From Gemmataceae bacterium (GTDB lineage Bacteria > Planctomycetota > Planctomycetia > Gemmatales > Gemmataceae): DNA of 64,000 nt. The stretch is from NCBI GenBank assembly GCA_041694635.1, contig JBDNHI010000103.1:50829-114828 (forward strand). Direction: 5' to 3'. A program made the translations under genes and the position numbers. Below the pieces are notes generated by a model, which ran no database searches, had not been told where the DNA came from, and saw nothing but the letters and a program-made list of their open reading frames with translations. Of the stretch, positions 60,384 through 64,000 are shown piece after piece. How positions within the stretch are numbered: the first letter of the stretch is position 1; every line of letters starts with the position of its first letter.

Positions 60384-63300
60384 TTAATCTCCTAGCCGGT
60401 GGATTGAGTTATGAATTACCCCTTGCACATCAGCGCCATCAGCAGACTTAACCGTATATTTAATTTCCATACACCAAGTTGGTTCCATGCCATCTATATC
60501 TAAGGTAATGGACTTGCCATTAGCAGAAAGCCTAGCAGCAGTAACTTTAAGAAACTTTTCATCTAGGTGCTTAGATCCATATTTTTCACTTCGTTTTAAA
60601 GCCCAAGTTTTCACACTGTAGTTGCTGATTGAGGTAGCAGATTTCTCTTCAATCAAACCACTAAAACCGATATTCATTCCACCTTTTCGGGCGTGAAGAG
60701 TTACGGGAAGTTCAACAGGTTTGCCCGTATATCGAATGCGATAAAAACCACCCGGGGCAGTCTGATTTCCAGCCCAAGCAAACATACCACAGCAATAAAG
60801 CTGCCCATCTTGTGGATGAAATCGACCTCTGGAAACACCCGTTGGGAATTGTGGAATAGGTAAGGCACACATTCCTCCCTGCCATTCTCCGCCAATTAGT
60901 TCGTGAGGAACCACATAAACTTTTCCATACCCATAGGAAAAATTTAATAACGAACCTTTGAGAGGTCCCCAAACATCACTGGTAACCCAAAGTAATTCGG
61001 AAGGCGACCTATCGAATTCATTAGTGATCCAACAAACTGGGTTCTTCATTGCAGAATCGGAAGAGTCGGTAATATCGTGATAGCCCCAAAAATTACCGTG
61101 GTAACTACCTTTTTCAACACGATTAATACGATTTTTAGGCATCCAGAAACCTTCCTGATCGGTCAAGAAAAAGCTCCCATCTGGGTTTAAACAAACACCG
61201 TTGGCAGCACGAAAACCCGTTGCTAATATTTCGGTATTACTACCATCTTTACTTACCTTCAAAAGTGTGCCGTGATGTGGCACCAAAGCTTTAAGTGCGT
61301 GCCTTGCAGATTTTGCATAGTAAAAATTCCCCTCTGCATCAACCTGTAACCCCATCGCAAATTCGTGAAAATGATCTGTCACCTGATGATCATTATTAAA
61401 ACACTCATAAAAATCAGTCTCACCATCACCATTTAAATCTCTTAGAATCACAAGCTGATCTCTACAAGTAAGATGTACAATGTTATTAATAATCTTAAGG
61501 CCCAAAGGTTGAAACAATCCAGAAGCAATTCGCTTCCAAGTTAAACCTTTTTCAAGCGATGCCAAACCTTCAACAAGCCAAACATCTCCATCCCAAGTGC
61601 AAACTGCAGCACTCTTGCCATCCGCATAAAAATCTAAGCCAGTAAGCCTCATCTGACAGTTCCAAGGGTTACTTGTTGGATGGGTAAGCACATCAATCTC
61701 GAATGCTTTTTTATCTTGCCCTAAAATCGGCTGAGTTTTTAACACATCGGGCCAGCGCTTTGGCCCACCACTTATAAAAGGCTCTAGGCTAAAAGCTGCT
61801 GTCGCTGTTTTTGCAAATGCTTGCAGTTGATTTAATTCACAATCCGATTGCAATACTTTGATAAGCTTTGATGATTCAGATGCTGGTATTTTCAAAAGTT
61901 GAAAGCCATCTTGGATCATTAAAGAGGCTTGAGAACCAACAACGCTACAACTTGTACCAACCGGGGCTACTCGCAGAATTAAATCTCGACTTGATTTTCC
62001 TACATTCAAATTACGAATGTAAACGACTTTCCCCTCAGGAGTTATCTCATACGCGGGCATCTCTAAAACATTGGTATCCCCGACGGTGTAAGCAATAATT
62101 GCTTGGTTGCCATAATGATACATTCCAAGATACTTTGCCCAAGTTTTAGGTAATGGGCCGTAAAGTTTACCATCCCGCCCTTTAAACCTAGGATCTTCGA
62201 AGGATCCGGTTTCAGGGTTAGCCCAACCCGGCCCGACTGGGTTAGAAAACCTTACATTACCCGAAACCCTTGGATGAATTCCGTGTCTGCCATTAAAATT
62301 AATTCCGTTATAATCGATGAAACTTTCACCGTCCCAAGCTGCCGCCATACGCATTGTGTCGTGATCAAAAAGCGTCCACTGCTTGCCTCTAGTGATCCCG
62401 CCTGCACCGCTATCAAGCCTGACGGCAATTCCTTTGTAAGCAAAGTTTCCTTTATCGCCGACTTCTATGGTTGCCATCATTGTTGGTCCATAATTCATAA
62501 CAACCCAAGGTTCAATATTAGAAGGCTTGGGGCCTCTGGTGCTGCCTTTAGGTAAGGTTTCTAAGTAGGCTAAATCCATTGCAGAATATTGCGAAGGGTT
62601 AAAAGGCTTAAGAAAAGCTTCTCTAATATAATGAATAACATCATATTTTTGCTCGGGAACCATCCAGGTTTGGGGAGTCATAATTGCATAACCGTGGGTC
62701 AGAGTCTGGTACATTTTAAAAGGGTCTGCACCATTTTTGAACTTACCTTCAGCAAAACGAAGCGAGGTAGGTAAGGAGCCAACCATTTCTTTTGTACCGT
62801 GGCAATTAGCACAAACCCTTACATAAATTGCCTCGCCCCTTTTAAAACTTTTGGCATCGAGGGTGTTTAGCATCCCCGCGTGATCGATCTCTTTTTCATA
62901 TTCAGGCACTGGCAAGGTTGCAAAGAAGGAAGAAGCTGGCCTCATTTGCTTCGCATATTCTGGGCCTTTTTCGGCCATCTCGATTACAAACCTTGCCAAG
63001 TCTAAAAACTCTTGCCTTCCAGATAAAACATTGATCAATCCATCAGGCATCATCGATGCACCTTTATTATTTTTTTCTTCAATATCTTTTTTCAAAATAG
63101 TGATTAGCTTCCCATCTAGGGAACCATCACGAATAGAAATAAAATCTGTTTTTTCTTCGGCTATTAGCCCCGTTAAAGTTTTTCCCGCTTTAGTCGTAAT
63201 TATAAGTGTTTCAAAACCTTTCTTTATCACCTTTGATGGAAGCAACATCGATTCCACAAGGTAGGCATCATTCGTTTCAGGATAAGATTTAGCTAATTCG

Positions 63301-63539
63301 GGACCATATTTGTTCGTACTATCGCCTGAGGCGTGGCAACGAATACAAGCCATATCTTGCCTGAAGAAAACCAGCGCACCCCTACTGGCATTCCCAAGGC
63401 TTCGAACATCTTTAACCAGCCCAGTGAGATCTTCTTTATTAAGCTTTTGTTGCAGAGTAAGCATTGGTTCAGCAGAAAAAACAGTTGAAGCAAGAATTGT
63501 TAAAGATAAAAAGCTTATGGTATGCGAAAGACAATGCAT
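60384..63539 (-). CDS. Large secreted heme-binding protein: two cytochrome c (CxxCH) modules plus beta-propeller/dehydrogenase-like C-terminal region (PVC-type)
   Basis: Signal peptide plus CIRCH and CANCH motifs in the N-terminal third. The C-terminal part has LTGLDFYADGKSAAVCTWDGDVWLVEG and NGVCLNPDGSFFLTDQEG, as in planctomycete membrane-bound-dehydrogenase-domain proteins. Confidence 0.78.
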   Translation of the reverse strand: MHCLSHTISFLSLTILASTVFSAEPMLTLQQKLNKEDLTGLVKDVRSLGNASRGALVFFRQDMACIRCHASGDSTNKYGPELAKSYPETNDAYLVESMLLPSKVIKKGFETLIITTKAGKTLTGLIAEEKTDFISIRDGSLDGKLITILKKDIEEKNNKGASMMPDGLINVLSGRQEFLDLARFVIEMAEKGPEYAKQMRPASSFFATLPVPEYEKEIDHAGMLNTLDAKSFKRGEAIYVRVCANCHGTKEMVGSLPTSLRFAEGKFKNGADPFKMYQTLTHGYAIMTPQTWMVPEQKYDVIHYIREAFLKPFNPSQYSAMDLAYLETLPKGSTRGPKPSNIEPWVVMNYGPTMMATIEVGDKGNFAYKGIAVRLDSGAGGITRGKQWTLFDHDTMRMAAAWDGESFIDYNGINFNGRHGIHPRVSGNVRFSNPVGPGWANPETGSFEDPRFKGRDGKLYGPLPKTWAKYLGMYHYGNQAIIAYTVGDTNVLEMPAYEITPEGKVVYIRNLNVGKSSRDLILRVAPVGTSCSVVGSQASLMIQDGFQLLKIPASESSKLIKVLQSDCELNQLQAFAKTATAAFSLEPFISGGPKRWPDVLKTQPILGQDKKAFEIDVLTHPTSNPWNCQMRLTGLDFYADGKSAAVCTWDGDVWLVEGLASLEKGLTWKRIASGLFQPLGLKIINNIVHLTCRDQLVILRDLNGDGETDFYECFNNDHQVTDHFHEFAMGLQVDAEGNFYYAKSARHALKALVPHHGTLLKVSKDGSNTEILATGFRAANGVCLNPDGSFFLTDQEGFWMPKNRINRVEKGSYHGNFWGYHDITDSSDSAMKNPVCWITNEFDRSPSELLWVTSDVWGPLKGSLLNFSYGYGKVYVVPHELIGGEWQGGMCALPIPQFPTGVSRGRFHPQDGQLYCCGMFAWAGNQTAPGGFYRIRYTGKPVELPVTLHARKGGMNIGFSGLIEEKSATSISNYSVKTWALKRSEKYGSKHLDEKFLKVTAARLSANGKSITLDIDGMEPTWCMEIKYTVKSADGADVQGVIHNSIHRLGD

Positions 63540-63641
63540 TTATAATTTTCCTAATAGTAGTTTAAAACATTGAACTAAGTGTACAGCAGTATAACTATTA
63601 TTAGGCTTTAGTTGAATAAAAAAGAAACAGATTAGTCATAA

Positions 63642-64000
63642 TCAAGGTTTTAAAAGCAACTTTTTCGACGATCGAAAGAATACCCCTGAACCACCATTTT
63701 GCTTCGCATCGGTATCATAAAAAATAGTACCTAAAGTAGCATTATCCAATTCCACAGAACGAGGGCAGGCACGCCCTCCAATAGGCCGACCTGGATTGTA
63801 AAATACAATTGGCTGATCCATCTTCCAAGATTTTCCATCATCGTTGGAAACAATAAAGTTTATAACCTCGCCCCCAACGCCTGGCCCAAGTATTTGCGAA
63901 GCTAGAAGAGTCCCATCTTTTAATACAATCATCTGCTGACGCCACCCCTGCGAAGAAACATCGGGAAAAGGTTTTACATCTTCCCAAGTTTTTCCCTGAT
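63642..64000 (-). CDS. BNR/sialidase-fold protein, C-terminal part (gene continues beyond the window)
   Basis: BNR (SxDxGxxW) motifs are SNDDGKSW and, upstream of the track Met, GKTWEDV. The frame stays open to the window edge. Confidence 0.7.
   Translation of the reverse strand, partial: QGKTWEDVKPFPDVSSQGWRQQMIVLKDGTLLASQILGPGVGGEVINFIVSNDDGKSWKMDQPIVFYNPGRPIGGRACPRSVELDNATLGTIFYDTDAKQNGGSGVFFRSSKKLLLKP

Overview
This is a moderately AT-rich 64-kb chromosomal segment carrying the hallmark paralogous families of the PVC superphylum, most likely Planctomycetota. These include a prepilin-type N-terminus + DUF1559/H-X9-DG protein, a DUF1549/DUF1553 + DUF1501 gene pair, a second DUF1501, a large double-CxxCH heme protein, DUF1080, and signal-bearing Gfo/Idh/MocA and TIM-barrel sugar enzymes. 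There are about 55 protein genes on both strands, mostly core metabolism and housekeeping: pgi, glnA (type I) next to glnN (type III), a P-II protein, aroB-dprA, htpG, ispE-spoVG, a SWIM/SNF2 helicase, M16 and M6 peptidases, and Zn/Mn-type ABC components. RNA genes are tRNA-Lys(CUU), tRNA-Gln(UUG) and tmRNA (ssrA). I see no CRISPR array, rRNA, intact mobile element, or recognisable defence, secretion or biosynthetic cluster. Most of the window looks like ordinary core genome. The observations I can support best are: (1) The first operon (248-3768) encodes a secreted LTXXQ + thioredoxin-fold protein whose frame is broken only by a UGA lying exactly on the CxxC nucleophile position, making it a candidate selenoprotein. 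It is followed by an OmpR-type regulator and a histidine kinase split by an in-frame UAG. (2) A decayed integration site with an integrase tail sits at tRNA-Lys. (3) An rluA-DUF4392-DUF1445 operon looks like a split D-glutamate cyclase. (4) The SpoVG homologue carries a zinc-ribbon insertion. (5) A 607-bp ORF-poor spacer with strong hairpins and an intrinsic terminator may be an sRNA or leader. (6) A perfect 18-bp coding minisatellite lies in a secreted DUF1559-like protein. All functional calls are motif-level recognition by eye. No database search, folding or statistics were run.
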